A DNA stretch of 64,000 bases from a virus. The notes under the pieces were generated by a model. The model had not been told where the DNA came from, made no database searches, and saw only the letters and a list, made by a program, of their open reading frames with translations. Of this stretch, positions 17,726 through 27,078 are shown piece after piece (position 1 is the stretch's first letter; each line of letters starts with the position of its first letter). The translations under genes were made by a program, and so were the position numbers. The DNA is taken from positions 1 through 64,000 of the IMG/VR virus record IMGVR_UViG_3300046674_000362, one strand, 5' to 3'.

Positions 17726-18273
17726 ACCAGAAAAAGAAACAGGGCTTTCGTAGCCCGAGCGAGTTTGTCGAGGCTGCGAACGAAGCGCCCGCCTTGATGC
17801 ACGTTGATCCGGCAGGCGGCGTCACAGTCGTCAAGGCGGGCGACAGCGCCACAGCGCCAGCGCCAGAACTGACCCCGGCACCCACTCCAGCACCGGCCCA
17901 GGCAGCAGGGGAGGGCGCACCGGCTGCACAGGAGGCCGCACAGGCAACGAACGAGGGCAAACCGGCACAAGCACCAGCGCCAGCGAAGGACAAGCCCCAG
18001 CGGCCCGCAAAACCGGCCGCTGACAAGCCCGGCATCCACACGCACAGGCGCGCGGACGACGGCCCGCCCGAGCCGCCCCCGGCACCGTGGGACAGCGAAA
18101 GCCCGGACATCAAGGGTCCGGGCTATCAATACCGCTTCGACAAGCGCCTACACGCGCAGATTCAGTGGATTTCGGACAACGTACCGCAGCACAAGTCCAT
18201 GCAAGTCGTCATCGACAAGGCCGTGCGCGCATACGTCGCCGAAGTCCTCGAAAAGCACTACAAGCCCGAATGA
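17722..18273 (+). CDS. Partition partner: disordered N-terminus, C-terminal ribbon-helix-helix-like domain
   Basis: ATGA overlap with parA; YQYRFDKRLHAQIQW...SMQVVIDKAVRAYV fits strand-helix-helix. Confidence 0.7.
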   Translation: MNQKKKQGFRSPSEFVEAANEAPALMHVDPAGGVTVVKAGDSATAPAPELTPAPTPAPAQAAGEGAPAAQEAAQATNEGKPAQAPAPAKDKPQRPAKPAADKPGIHTHRRADDGPPEPPPAPWDSESPDIKGPGYQYRFDKRLHAQIQWISDNVPQHKSMQVVIDKAVRAYVAEVLEKHYKPE

Positions 18274-18464
18274 CCTGGGCCGCCTGCATCCCCAGCGCCG
18301 ACTGCCGCCAGTTGGCGCGTTTCAGCCTCGTATTCCTTCGCGCAGTCGCCTGAGCACCAATGTGCTTTAGGCGGCACCTTGTAGCCGCAGAAGTGGCACT
18401 TCCCATCCGGGTACAGCGTCCCGGCCGCGCGCCGCTCAATTCGCGCCTGCTTGCTTAAACTCAC
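18258..18464 (-). CDS. Small Zn-ribbon protein
   Basis: CHFC...WCSGDC. Confidence 0.65.
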   Translation of the reverse strand: MSLSKQARIERRAAGTLYPDGKCHFCGYKVPPKAHWCSGDCAKEYEAETRQLAAVGAGDAGGPGHSGL

Positions 18465-18994
18465 TTCGACACCTCCGCATCCCCGTAAAAACCATTCTCG
18501 CGCGCGAACTGCTGGTGCCCACGCGCTACTGCGGCGGTCTTGTCTGCTTCCTTTTCCAGTCGTCCAACGCCTTCTGTAAATCGGTCAACAGCTCGCTGTA
18601 CTTCTTCTGGAAATACAACGGTTCCGGCAGCGGTGCCATCAGGTCCGCTGGCACCTGCGGCTTTGACTTCGGCGGCAGCGTCACCACAACCGGAGAAGGC
18701 AAGGGCTGGGAGGCGCACGCTTGCAACAGGAGGGCGGTAATCGAGCACGCCAGCAACTTCCTTTTGAAATCCATCGGATACCTTTCTGGCTTTCGCCTCA
18801 TTTTCCTTTTGTTCATGCGCGTTTGCCTCGACGCCATTAAGCACTGCCGTAACTACCGCATCCTTCCGTGTGCTCTCCACACGGCCCTGCCCAACCTGCT
18901 GCGCGTTGCGGCCCGCGCTGTAGGCAAAGTAATGCGACCCTGCCAGCAGCAGCGCCAGCACCAGCGCCACTACGGCCTTGATAGTTCCGCTCAT
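18461..18994 (-). CDS. Inner-membrane spanin (Rz-like)
   Basis: N-terminal TM helix and helical periplasmic region; follows the endolysin; contains a nested lipoprotein gene. Confidence 0.75.
   Translation of the reverse strand: MSGTIKAVVALVLALLLAGSHYFAYSAGRNAQQVGQGRVESTRKDAVVTAVLNGVEANAHEQKENEAKARKVSDGFQKEVAGVLDYRPPVASVRLPALAFSGCGDAAAEVKAAGASGPDGTAAGTVVFPEEVQRAVDRFTEGVGRLEKEADKTAAVARGHQQFARENGFYGDAEVSK
18526..18774 (-). CDS. Outer-membrane spanin lipoprotein (Rz1-like), nested in Rz
   Basis: MDFKRKLLACSITALLLQAC lipobox followed by a Pro-rich segment; different frame of the same strand. Confidence 0.75.
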   Translation of the reverse strand: MDFKRKLLACSITALLLQACASQPLPSPVVVTLPPKSKPQVPADLMAPLPEPLYFQKKYSELLTDLQKALDDWKRKQTRPPQ

Positions 18995-19635
18995 GCGATG
19001 ATCCTTTCTGCGGCGTTGAGGAAGGCAAGCCGGTCCTGATAGCCGATGGCGTCGCCCTCGGCGTCGGTCTGGTGCCCGATGTTGATGGCATCAGAAACGC
19101 CGTCGAAGTCGTTTTTGTCGGCCAGCTCGTTGCAGCCGTGGGTTTTCCAGAACCACGCGGCCGAGCGGCAAGCGCCTTCCGGGGTGCGCAGCCAGTCGCC
19201 CACCTTGCGCAGCTCGATCCCGAAGTAATCGGCGCATTTCTTCTGGTTGTCGCGGAACGTGAGCCCGATAAGGCCCGCGCCACGATGGAGCCACCCATCG
19301 CCGCTCGCCTCGTCGCGGTTTCCGCCGCGATCCGCATAGACCCGATTCGCGAGGGCTTCGGGCTTGTGCGCGTAGTGGCTCGCCACCGCGAGGGTAGGGA
19401 AGCGGCGCGGCCATACCTGCATCAAACGCTCGGCGCTGTAGTCCATGCACTCGACGGTAGAGCGGAGCTGGCCGGATTCCACGGCGATCTGCGCGAGGAA
19501 CATTTCGACGCGGCGCTCGGTCGTAATGCCGAATTCCCGCATGGCGGCATTCAGGGGCTCGACAAAGGCCGCAGCCACGGCGCGCGCGCCGGGCATGACC
19601 CGCGTTATCTGGTCGAGCGTGACGCTTACCTGCAT
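18991..19635 (-). CDS. Endolysin, glycoside hydrolase family 19
   Basis: FLAQIAVESG...E...ANRVY..R.GN...DGW..RG.GLI.LT...N...SAAWFW. Confidence 0.92.
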   Translation of the reverse strand: MQVSVTLDQITRVMPGARAVAAAFVEPLNAAMREFGITTERRVEMFLAQIAVESGQLRSTVECMDYSAERLMQVWPRRFPTLAVASHYAHKPEALANRVYADRGGNRDEASGDGWLHRGAGLIGLTFRDNQKKCADYFGIELRKVGDWLRTPEGACRSAAWFWKTHGCNELADKNDFDGVSDAINIGHQTDAEGDAIGYQDRLAFLNAAERIIA

Positions 19636-19766
19636 AGCTCCACCACCGCCAGCAGCGCGATCAGGGACAGGGCCATCGTACCCAGTGTCCGGGTCTTGAG
19701 GCGCGGGTTAAGCACGCCCCACAGGCATACGCTGACCACGATAAAGAGTGCGGTTTTCAGGAGCAT
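19626..19766 (-). CDS. Small two-TM protein (holin/antiholin component)
   Basis: Below the ORF-track cutoff: MLLKTALFIVVSVCLWGVLNPRLKTRTLGTMALSLIALLAVVELCR*; overlaps both neighbours. Confidence 0.65.
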   Translation of the reverse strand: MLLKTALFIVVSVCLWGVLNPRLKTRTLGTMALSLIALLAVVELCR

Positions 19767-20113
19767 TATTTGTCGCCCCCGAAGTAGCGGCGCTTGATGG
19801 TGCCGATGATGTCCGCATTGTTAATCTCGGTGAACAGCTCGCGGCAGGTAGCCAAAGCGAACAGGCCGACAAGGAACTCGATGCCGGAATGGACGCGCGG
19901 GCCTGCGATGCTGAAGAATTCGATCAGGGCCGGGGCGACGTAGATCGCACACGCGAAGCCAACGCCAAAGGAAATCAGCCGCTGGGAGCGGTTCAGGTCC
20001 GCCCCCAAAAACTTGAGCGATACCGCCGCACCGGCCGCGCCGGGTAGGTAGCTGATCGCGGCTTTCGCCAGGGCCGAAAAAATCGCCGCGAGCGTTGCTA
20101 CTGGTTCTGCCAT
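19766..20113 (-). CDS. Holin
   Basis: Three hydrophobic segments and a basic C-terminus; heads the lysis cassette. Confidence 0.75.
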   Translation of the reverse strand: MAEPVATLAAIFSALAKAAISYLPGAAGAAVSLKFLGADLNRSQRLISFGVGFACAIYVAPALIEFFSIAGPRVHSGIEFLVGLFALATCRELFTEINNADIIGTIKRRYFGGDK

Positions 20114-20133
20114 GTGGGTTCTCCAAACTGCCG

Positions 20134-20292
20134 CTACCGCGACAGTGCCTTACCTAAATTCCCGATAGATCGGATGACAATATCGAGCCGTTCAACCACA
20201 GCCAAGTCGATCTTCTGGCGCGCTTCCTGCGACTTCCTCCAGTCGCTGAATGCCTTGCTCTCGAAGATCGTTTGCACGTCCGACCGGCGCAT
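20134..20292 (-). CDS. Small hypothetical protein (start uncertain; the open frame extends to 20397)
   Basis: MRRSDVQTIFESKAFSDWRK...; ATG 20292 lies 30 nt downstream of a late-promoter copy. Confidence 0.55.
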   Translation of the reverse strand: MRRSDVQTIFESKAFSDWRKSQEARQKIDLAVVERLDIVIRSIGNLGKALSR

Positions 20293-20321
20293 GAGCTGCG
20301 CCTTGCCGTAGTCGATACCGA

Positions 20322-20363
20322 AGTTTAAGAACAAAGTCGCGAGGACTTCGCTATGCTTTTCCT
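20322..20363 (-). promoter_or_regulatory. Late promoter element upstream of the lysis cassette
   Basis: AGGAAAA-N29-TAAACT. Confidence 0.6.
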
Positions 20364-21109
20364 GCAAGTGAAAGCGCGACCGCGCCGATGCAGGCAAGAA
20401 CGAGAAATCGGGCCGGTGGCGTCAGCGCCCCGGCCTCCTTTGGAAGAACGACGACGCCCTGATCGTCAAACCAGATCGAGAAGAATTGACTGTCGCGCTC
20501 GACCGCCTCGCGGTATCGCGCGAACAGCACGTCGAAGCTCGAACTGGGGAATTCGCGCAGTACGCCGATCCGCTTTTCCAGCCATGCGGCGTAGTCGGTC
20601 GTTTCCGTCACCGGGTCCGGGTGCTGCTCGCCTTGGCGCAGCAGTTGCGCCGCCATGCCGCCGATGAGCCAGTGCGCGCGGCCGCTCAGGTCAGATTCGA
20701 GCTGTAGCGCCTCCAGAACCTCCGCAGCGGCCCCGGACAGGGGAACGAGGGTCCAACTATCCCCGAGCGCGCTGAAGGTCGCTGGGGCGGCCGGAAGATC
20801 CCGCTGCATATCGAGGTAGTCGGATACCTTGGACACTTCCGTGACGGCGTAATCCGGCCGGTCGTCGCGGGTATGGATGCAGTAGTGCGCAAGCGCCAGC
20901 AGGCGCTCGCTGACGCTCCATGCGCGCGGGTCCGAAAGGTGCTTGGGGCTCGATGCGGTAGCGCTTTCGACTGCGCGGGACAGAAACTCGGTCAGCGCTT
21001 TCTCGTGCGCGTTTTCGGGCAGATGGCACAGGGCGATTTCGTCGCCGATGGACAGCTCGTGCAACTGGGCATCCACGCGGCGCGTGCGCAGCGGTGAAAA
21101 AACGATCAT
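20351..21109 (-). CDS. P1-like tail/baseplate morphogenetic protein
   Basis: Start at ATG 21109 (ATGA overlap); position in a late operon. Confidence 0.6.
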   Translation of the reverse strand: MIVFSPLRTRRVDAQLHELSIGDEIALCHLPENAHEKALTEFLSRAVESATASSPKHLSDPRAWSVSERLLALAHYCIHTRDDRPDYAVTEVSKVSDYLDMQRDLPAAPATFSALGDSWTLVPLSGAAAEVLEALQLESDLSGRAHWLIGGMAAQLLRQGEQHPDPVTETTDYAAWLEKRIGVLREFPSSSFDVLFARYREAVERDSQFFSIWFDDQGVVVLPKEAGALTPPARFLVLACIGAVALSLAGKA

Positions 21110-21951
21110 AGGTAGATTTTCCGGTAGTCCGCCCGGTCGAGCGCAGCCAGGGTGGCAAGCGTGATCTGCACGCTGCACGCCGTCATAACGCCCTTGTCGG
21201 TTCGCGGGTTGGTGATGGGTTCAGAGACACTTTCAATGACCATCGGCTGATAGGTCATATCGCCGTACCGCATGCCGACGACCTGCGGCGTCAGCGACGG
21301 GAAAAGCGTATCGAACATATTTTGGTTCGCGCCGTTCTTGATGGCCCCGGCCACCAGTCCATCGGCGGCGAGCATTTGCGGCAGCGCCCATTCCTTCAGC
21401 TTCAGGATCGGCTCGCGCACCTCCTTTACCGCGTCCTTGAAGGCGCGGAAGTGCAGCGTGAAAGTCAGTTTGATCGGCGGCATGCCGCTGAAAATCTGCG
21501 TGCTGTTCAGCTTCGTGATGCCGGTCTTGCCTTCGATCTTGCGGGATATGTCGGCCGACTGCTTCGCCAGATCGCCGAGCATATCGGGCATGATCCCGGC
21601 GCTGCCGATACCCTGGAGCATGGAGGTCAGCGAGCCGGACTGAAGCATCGCGGACAGTGCTGGGGCTTTCGACTCTGCCCCGGCGTTCTCGAACGGGCTA
21701 TTCCAGTTCAGGGTCAGCTCGCTTGTGCCGTCCGTCATTGGCGCATGCACCTCGATCCCGTCGTCCGCCACGTACTGATCGGCCACCGTGCCGTCTTTCT
21801 TGCGGCCTTGTTCCCAGCCCGAGCCGTCCGCGAGCTTGCGGACAGGGTAGAAGCGCGCCAGCAGGTGCGGCGATAGGCCGGTCCAGTCGGAGCTTAGGAC
21901 TTTGGTTTTGTTGCCACGGACGACAACGGTAGGGATGTTGGAATCTGCCAT
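21106..21951 (-). CDS. P1-like baseplate/tail protein (tube-like fold)
   Basis: NWNSPFE...STQIFSG.PP....TLHFRA pattern; directly after a late promoter. Confidence 0.6.
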   Translation of the reverse strand: MADSNIPTVVVRGNKTKVLSSDWTGLSPHLLARFYPVRKLADGSGWEQGRKKDGTVADQYVADDGIEVHAPMTDGTSELTLNWNSPFENAGAESKAPALSAMLQSGSLTSMLQGIGSAGIMPDMLGDLAKQSADISRKIEGKTGITKLNSTQIFSGMPPIKLTFTLHFRAFKDAVKEVREPILKLKEWALPQMLAADGLVAGAIKNGANQNMFDTLFPSLTPQVVGMRYGDMTYQPMVIESVSEPITNPRTDKGVMTACSVQITLATLAALDRADYRKIYL

Positions 21952-21957
21952 GCGCAA

Positions 21958-21999
21958 AGTATGTGCGCGGCCCTTGCGGGCGGTCCCGGCGCTTTTCCT
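21958..21999 (-). promoter_or_regulatory. Late promoter element
   Basis: AGGAAAA-N29-CATACT. Confidence 0.75.
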
Positions 22000-22006
22000 A
22001 CAGGCG

Positions 22007-22031
22007 AAAAAAAGGCGGGGATTCCCCCGCC
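22007..22031 (-). terminator. Terminator of the capsid-sheath operon
   Basis: GGCGGGG hairpin followed by T7 on the minus strand. Confidence 0.8.
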
Positions 22032-22056
22032 CTTGGCGCTTGGTGCGCGGCCCAGG

Positions 22057-22752
22057 TTACAGGCCAGCCGCCTTGCGAATGCGATTCGACTTGATGCGGT
22101 GCATGGTAGCCGTCGCCGAGTGCGACTTGCGGAGCATCTTGCGGATCGAGATTTTCTGCTTGGCCGACAGGCGAACATGGCCGGACACGCGCTTGTTGAT
22201 GCGCACCTTACGGCCGCCGCGCACGACAACCTTTTTCTTGTACACGGCATCGAACACTGCGCTGTCCGAGTCGGCGTCGAAAGCGAAGGAGTCCATATCC
22301 TCGGCCGATGCTTCCTCGCCTTCCGGCAGGGCAGTCACGATCAGGTCATAGGCGCGATCCGCAGCAGCCGCACCCCAGTTGTTCAGCAGGGCGTCGCAGT
22401 CGTCGTCCGAAACGCCCTTCGACAGCAGGTAGTCCCACATATTTTCGAGGACGGTATCGCAAACGGCCTGCTCGTCGTCGGTGATTTCGCCGTCCTTGTC
22501 GGCATCGGCCACGCCGACGACCATCGACATCAGGCGGTCGGCCATCGACTCGCCATCGGCCAGATCGTCGGGCGAGGTTTCCGCCCACTGCTGGATGACC
22601 GCAGCGGCCTTCAGGCGCAGATCGGCGGTGGCATAGGCCGCCGCCCCTTGCGGGGCTCCTGCACCAGTGGCGCTATCCAGCACCGTTTTCGACTGCGAGC
22701 CCTCGGCCGACAGGCTACGCATAGCCATCGCCAGGGGGGATTGATTCATCAT
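22057..22752 (-). CDS. Head morphogenesis / prohead-core-like protein
   Basis: Acidic N-terminal two thirds and a very basic C-terminus (RLSAKQKISIRK...RIRKAAGL); follows the sheath gene. Confidence 0.6.
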   Translation of the reverse strand: MMNQSPLAMAMRSLSAEGSQSKTVLDSATGAGAPQGAAAYATADLRLKAAAVIQQWAETSPDDLADGESMADRLMSMVVGVADADKDGEITDDEQAVCDTVLENMWDYLLSKGVSDDDCDALLNNWGAAAADRAYDLIVTALPEGEEASAEDMDSFAFDADSDSAVFDAVYKKKVVVRGGRKVRINKRVSGHVRLSAKQKISIRKMLRKSHSATATMHRIKSNRIRKAAGL

Positions 22753-22763
22753 TCAAGTGCTCC

Positions 22764-24389
22764 TTATCGCGAAAGGGTTTGGGTAACGGTGATTGCGCGA
22801 ACCACGCCGTCGTAATGCAGGCTGTAGGTCACGTCCATACGGTCGGCCGGGCGCACCGCGTTGCGCTTTACGTCGAAGGCATAGCCGTTGTCGCCGAGTT
22901 CCGGCTCATCCGAGGCCACCAGCCAGCCGGACGAGCGCGCAGCGTCGAAAGTCGCCTTCAGGAACTTGCGCATCTTGGCGGTGGCCGGGTCCATCGGCAG
23001 TTGCACGACTTCCTTGCCGTACTTCGCCACCATGTCGTCCAGCGATGCGCTCATTTCGGCGACGGAAATCAGCTTGCGGTAGGACGTGGAAACCTTCGCG
23101 CAGGTGAGCGAGTCGGTGAACACGTAGCGGCCGCCGCCGTTGTAGCGCTCGTAAATGACCGGGTTGATCTTCGCCAGCGCCAGATCGTTCAGCTCGGGAT
23201 CGCTCGGGGTATAGAGCTGCTTGACGCCGGTACGCGCCAGCGGCCATTCCTTGCCCGCGACCGGCGTGTTCTTCGGTGCCAGCCCGTAGGCGTTGGTCTG
23301 CGCGTTTCGGGCGCAGCGCAGGCCGACGTTGTAGGCCGAGGTGCCGATGACCGCCTTGCCACCATTTACCGGGTCGTCTGACTGCAACGGTGCCCAGTAT
23401 GCTTGGCAGTAGTGCGAGTCCAGGCCGAGCTGTGCGATGAAGGCTGCGGCAGCGGCCGGGGTCAGGTTGCCCGGAATGTCGAACACGAATTGGCGATTCG
23501 CGCGCACCGCGAGCTGCCCGAGCTTCGACAGCAGCGCAGCCGCTTGAGAGCCGCCGCCCACGATGTAGGCGAAGTCGTTCGGGCTGTTCTCCAGCAGGCT
23601 GATCGCCTTGTCGTAGTTCGCGACGGTGTAGCCGGTGCCGCCTTCGGTGAACAGCACCAGCGGCGACGCGCCACTCGTTGCGATCTTGGTGGTGCCGTCG
23701 GCATTGCGGCCGTAGCAGTCGGCAGTAATCGGGATCGACGCGCCAGCGGCGACGTTGATCGTGATTTCATCGGTTTGCTTCGCGATGACGGAGCCGATGA
23801 AATAGTCCTGCCCGAAGTCGTCCACGGCGGCTGGGTCCAGCGAGCCGGTGAACTCGAACATCAGGTTGCCGTTCGGCTCGCGCACGCGCAGGGTGATGAC
23901 TTTGGCCGGGGCCGAGGTCACGCCGTCCGCGCCCAGCACCTTGTCGGCCTGGACTTCGAGCTGGATGCCGTCGTTGAAGCAGCCGAGGTGCTGGAGATAG
24001 AACAGGAACGGGGCAACCGGCACGGTCGGGCTGACCGTAAATGCCGATGCGCTGCCGGTGATGTTGAACACCGCGTAGCTGTTGACTGCCGCATCGGTGA
24101 CGAGGCGCGTGAGCACCAGTTCCGATGCGCCGCCGTCGAGCGCTTCGACCGCATGGACATACGCCTCGTTCAGCGCAGAAATGCGGATCGACTCGGGCGC
24201 ACCCAGGACCGACAGCCGGTTGCCGCGATTGACCTTGAACGGCGCGTCGATGCGGCCGCGACGGAAGCGGCCGATGAGGGCCGCAACCTGATCGCTTGCA
24301 TCGGCGGCGAAACCATCCGTGTTGTCACGGAGCGGGTTAAGCTGGACGCCGGGTTGCGCGCCAAGTTGGCGCGTATGAGAATAGAACAT
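22764..24389 (-). CDS. Tail sheath protein (P1 gp22-like)
   Basis: 541 aa; N-terminal GRFRRGRID.PF.V; C-terminal sheath pattern (L..AKINPV...FTDSLT...YDGVVRAI). Confidence 0.8.
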   Translation of the reverse strand: MFYSHTRQLGAQPGVQLNPLRDNTDGFAADASDQVAALIGRFRRGRIDAPFKVNRGNRLSVLGAPESIRISALNEAYVHAVEALDGGASELVLTRLVTDAAVNSYAVFNITGSASAFTVSPTVPVAPFLFYLQHLGCFNDGIQLEVQADKVLGADGVTSAPAKVITLRVREPNGNLMFEFTGSLDPAAVDDFGQDYFIGSVIAKQTDEITINVAAGASIPITADCYGRNADGTTKIATSGASPLVLFTEGGTGYTVANYDKAISLLENSPNDFAYIVGGGSQAAALLSKLGQLAVRANRQFVFDIPGNLTPAAAAAFIAQLGLDSHYCQAYWAPLQSDDPVNGGKAVIGTSAYNVGLRCARNAQTNAYGLAPKNTPVAGKEWPLARTGVKQLYTPSDPELNDLALAKINPVIYERYNGGGRYVFTDSLTCAKVSTSYRKLISVAEMSASLDDMVAKYGKEVVQLPMDPATAKMRKFLKATFDAARSSGWLVASDEPELGDNGYAFDVKRNAVRPADRMDVTYSLHYDGVVRAITVTQTLSR

Positions 24390-24407
24390 GGGTTGCGTTC
24401 CTTCGCG

Positions 24408-24779
24408 TTATTCGACTTCGGTGACGCGCAGGGCCGGTTCTTCAGCGTCCCGGTGCGTATCGTTCAGCGACATGATCTGCTGGCAGTCCGATTCCATGCG
24501 GGTGATCTCGTCCTGATCGTTGACGGCGACGCTCACGCGCTCATGGCCTGCAACGTACTGGCCCGCGACCACGTAGGGGATCGGCGTGTCGTTGATGATC
24601 TGGACCAGTCGCGGGAACCACGGAGCGGCCTGCTCGATGATCGTTGCGGTGCCGCCCTGCGTGCCGTCGGCTACGCCCTGCTTCGCGTCGGCGCTGTTCA
24701 GTGCCGGGTCTGCTGCGCCCTTGTCTGCCGGTTCCGTGGAACCGGCAGCAGGCGCGGTGCCTGCTGCCTTCTTTACCAT
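24408..24779 (-). CDS. Hypothetical structural-region protein
   Basis: ORF between capsid and sheath, with an RBS. Confidence 0.65.
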   Translation of the reverse strand: MVKKAAGTAPAAGSTEPADKGAADPALNSADAKQGVADGTQGGTATIIEQAAPWFPRLVQIINDTPIPYVVAGQYVAGHERVSVAVNDQDEITRMESDCQQIMSLNDTHRDAEEPALRVTEVE

Positions 24780-24828
24780 TTGTTGTTACCGCCTTTCGTA
24801 TAGTTTCAGGGTGATGTACCAGCCTGGA

Positions 24829-26463
24829 TTACTTCAGGTTCAGAATGGTAATCAGCGCGCAGCCCTTGGACGAGTAGCTGTGCGGGTTGGTCGCGGTGAA
24901 GCTGCGGGCATGGAAGGCGTAGCCCGACTTCATGTTTTCCTGCACGCCCAGCGCCTCGAAGGTCGGGGCCGATGCGTCGCCGAAGATGATCGGGCAGCGC
25001 GCGGTCTGCGAGCTGCGGCCGACGGCGATGATTTCCGAGGCAGTGCCATCGGCCGACTCGTTGACCACTTTCGGGCTGTAGTACACCTCGTACATGCCGA
25101 ACAGGCGGCCGACGCGGTAGATGCCAGGACGTGCGGTGATACCCGACGGCTCGAACAGCTCGCGCGGCATGCCGAGGAACTGGGCGGCCACGAACTTGCC
25201 CACGTACAGGTGGGTGATGCCGTGGTCGGCGGTATCTTCGGCCATCTTCTGCGAGGCCGAGCCCAGGACCGCAGCGAAGTCCTGCCAGATTTGCGAGCGG
25301 GTTTTCTGCTGGATTTGCGCCGCGTACTGGAAGTCGTAGGTCACGGCGTTCTGGTACTTGCCGATCATCTTGACCTTGCGCAGCGCGTCATAGTGGCGCT
25401 CCATCGCGAACTGGCCGCGAACTGCCAGCATCGCCTCGGCACCGGCATCGACGCCAACTTCATTGGCGAACTGCGAGCGGGCTTCCGGGGTGATCGAGTA
25501 CAGGCCACGGAACGGGTTGGCGAACAGTTGGAACATCGACGCCTGCACGGACATGCGCGGGGTGATCGAGCTGTCGGCTTCGTAGTCCACAAAGGCTTCG
25601 CAGGTGACGACGGTGCCGTTCGGGAAGGCCGGGGTCGGGGTCACGACGATTTCGCCGCTGGCGGGCTTCGCGGTGCCGCTGATCGCGTAGTCGGTGCCGC
25701 CCAGGTTGACGGTGCCGGTCAGCGGGACGGTCGCGGCGGTGCTCGGGCCATTGACGATTTCGGTTGCGGCGCGCTGGCCGTTGACGTACACGATGGCGCG
25801 GCCGCGCAGCAGGTTCACCGGGGTGCCGGTGCCGTCGGCGCTGCCGGTGAAGGTGAACTTGTAGTTTGCGGTATCGTTCGGGGCCGACAGCTCTTTCACG
25901 CGGGCCGACGACAGGTAGCCGCCGCCAGCGGCAACGCCGTCCATGATGTCGGACAGCTTGTAGTCGCCCCAGGCGCTACCGGCGAGGTGGTTGACGACGA
26001 TCAGGCGCGCTTCGTTCGAGCCCTTGTCGGCGGGCAGGTAGCCAGCGAACGGGGTTGCTTCGGCCATCGCGCCCATGATCGCGACCAGCGGCGCGTTCGG
26101 GTTAATGCCGATCTGGTCGTGGTGGCCGTTCGTCACCGAGTCGAACACCGTCGATGCTTGGTGGATCGCCGACAGGATCAGGTCGCCGGTCGGGCGGAAG
26201 CCGTGCTCACGCTCGAAGGTGGCCGCGCCGTCGAAAATCGCCTTGATGGTCTTTTCTTCGTCGGTGGTCTTGCCCAGCAGTTCGGTCAGGACGAGCGGGG
26301 CATTGGAGCCCGATTCGTTCTTGATGGCGTCCATCGCCGAATGTGCCGCTGCTGCCGAATCCAGACGCATGCCCGGCTTCGATTCTGCGCTCATCACGTC
26401 GCTGACGAACGATTGCAGCTTTACTTCGTCAAGCTTGGTGTACTTGGGGGTAGTTCCGCTCAT
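24829..26463 (-). CDS. Major capsid protein (P1 gp23-like)
   Basis: 544 aa from ATG 26463 (GAAGGAAG RBS); strong codon bias; putative N-terminal propeptide; C-terminal YRVGRL...VYYSP; own late promoter. Confidence 0.82.
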   Translation of the reverse strand: MSGTTPKYTKLDEVKLQSFVSDVMSAESKPGMRLDSAAAAHSAMDAIKNESGSNAPLVLTELLGKTTDEEKTIKAIFDGAATFEREHGFRPTGDLILSAIHQASTVFDSVTNGHHDQIGINPNAPLVAIMGAMAEATPFAGYLPADKGSNEARLIVVNHLAGSAWGDYKLSDIMDGVAAGGGYLSSARVKELSAPNDTANYKFTFTGSADGTGTPVNLLRGRAIVYVNGQRAATEIVNGPSTAATVPLTGTVNLGGTDYAISGTAKPASGEIVVTPTPAFPNGTVVTCEAFVDYEADSSITPRMSVQASMFQLFANPFRGLYSITPEARSQFANEVGVDAGAEAMLAVRGQFAMERHYDALRKVKMIGKYQNAVTYDFQYAAQIQQKTRSQIWQDFAAVLGSASQKMAEDTADHGITHLYVGKFVAAQFLGMPRELFEPSGITARPGIYRVGRLFGMYEVYYSPKVVNESADGTASEIIAVGRSSQTARCPIIFGDASAPTFEALGVQENMKSGYAFHARSFTATNPHSYSSKGCALITILNLK

Positions 26464-26539
26464 GCTTCTTCCTTCATAAATGGGATGTAAATTCACTTTC
26501 AACAAATGCGCGGAACCCCGCACACGAAACTGAGCCTTC

Positions 26540-26581
26540 ATTGTCAAGGCGGCGGGAGGCGGCCCGCCGCCCAGTTTTCCT
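26540..26581 (-). promoter_or_regulatory. Late promoter element for the capsid operon
   Basis: AGGAAAA-N29-GACAAT. Confidence 0.8.
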
Positions 26582-27068
26582 AAGCGGCTTGCGCCGTCAG
26601 GGATGCCAGCGTTTCCCGCGCCACGCCGATTGCCTCGTCCACGGCCGCGATCCGGTCACGCAATACCTTCTCCATCTTCGGCGCGGCGGTACGAATCGAC
26701 TTGGGTAGCGTTACCTTGACCTTCGCGAGCGCCGCCTGGAACTTCGCGCGGCCCTTGTTCATGGCCGCCGCGATTTCGATGACAGCCTGTGCATGGTCGT
26801 GCTGCTCCTTCAGCGGGAACAGCTTGCCGTTGATCTTGACCTGATACACGTCGCCAGTGCTCTTGATGCCGAAGCTGACCGTTTGTGAGTCTGCGAAGCC
26901 GAATTGCACCTCGCGGTAGGACTGGCCCGCCGTGCGGCGCACCTTGGCGTCCACGTCCACGCTCGTGACGGTGGCCCCGGCTTGCGCGAAGTAGCGCTTC
27001 GCCGCCTTGATGGAGCCGTCCTTGTGCGACAGCTCGAAGAAATCGAAAATGAGTGTGTTGTTTGCCAT
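26580..27068 (-). CDS. hdf: Hdf-like protein (DarA N-terminal domain homologue)
   Basis: FGFADSQTVSFGIKSTGDVYQVKINGK parallels YELTDGQTVSVFF...WKWMLNKK in the DarA-like protein of this window. Confidence 0.65.
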   Translation of the reverse strand: MANNTLIFDFFELSHKDGSIKAAKRYFAQAGATVTSVDVDAKVRRTAGQSYREVQFGFADSQTVSFGIKSTGDVYQVKINGKLFPLKEQHDHAQAVIEIAAAMNKGRAKFQAALAKVKVTLPKSIRTAAPKMEKVLRDRIAAVDEAIGVARETLASLTAQAA

Positions 27069-27078
27069 GCTCCCGCCT

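Noticed and set aside
20134-20397. Lambda G/GT-style -1 frameshift joining 20351-21109 to the downstream ORF at GGAAAAG
   Set aside because: The downstream ORF is in the +1/-2 frame, not -1, and the GGAAAA is explained by the late-promoter motif. A non-canonical shift is not excluded.
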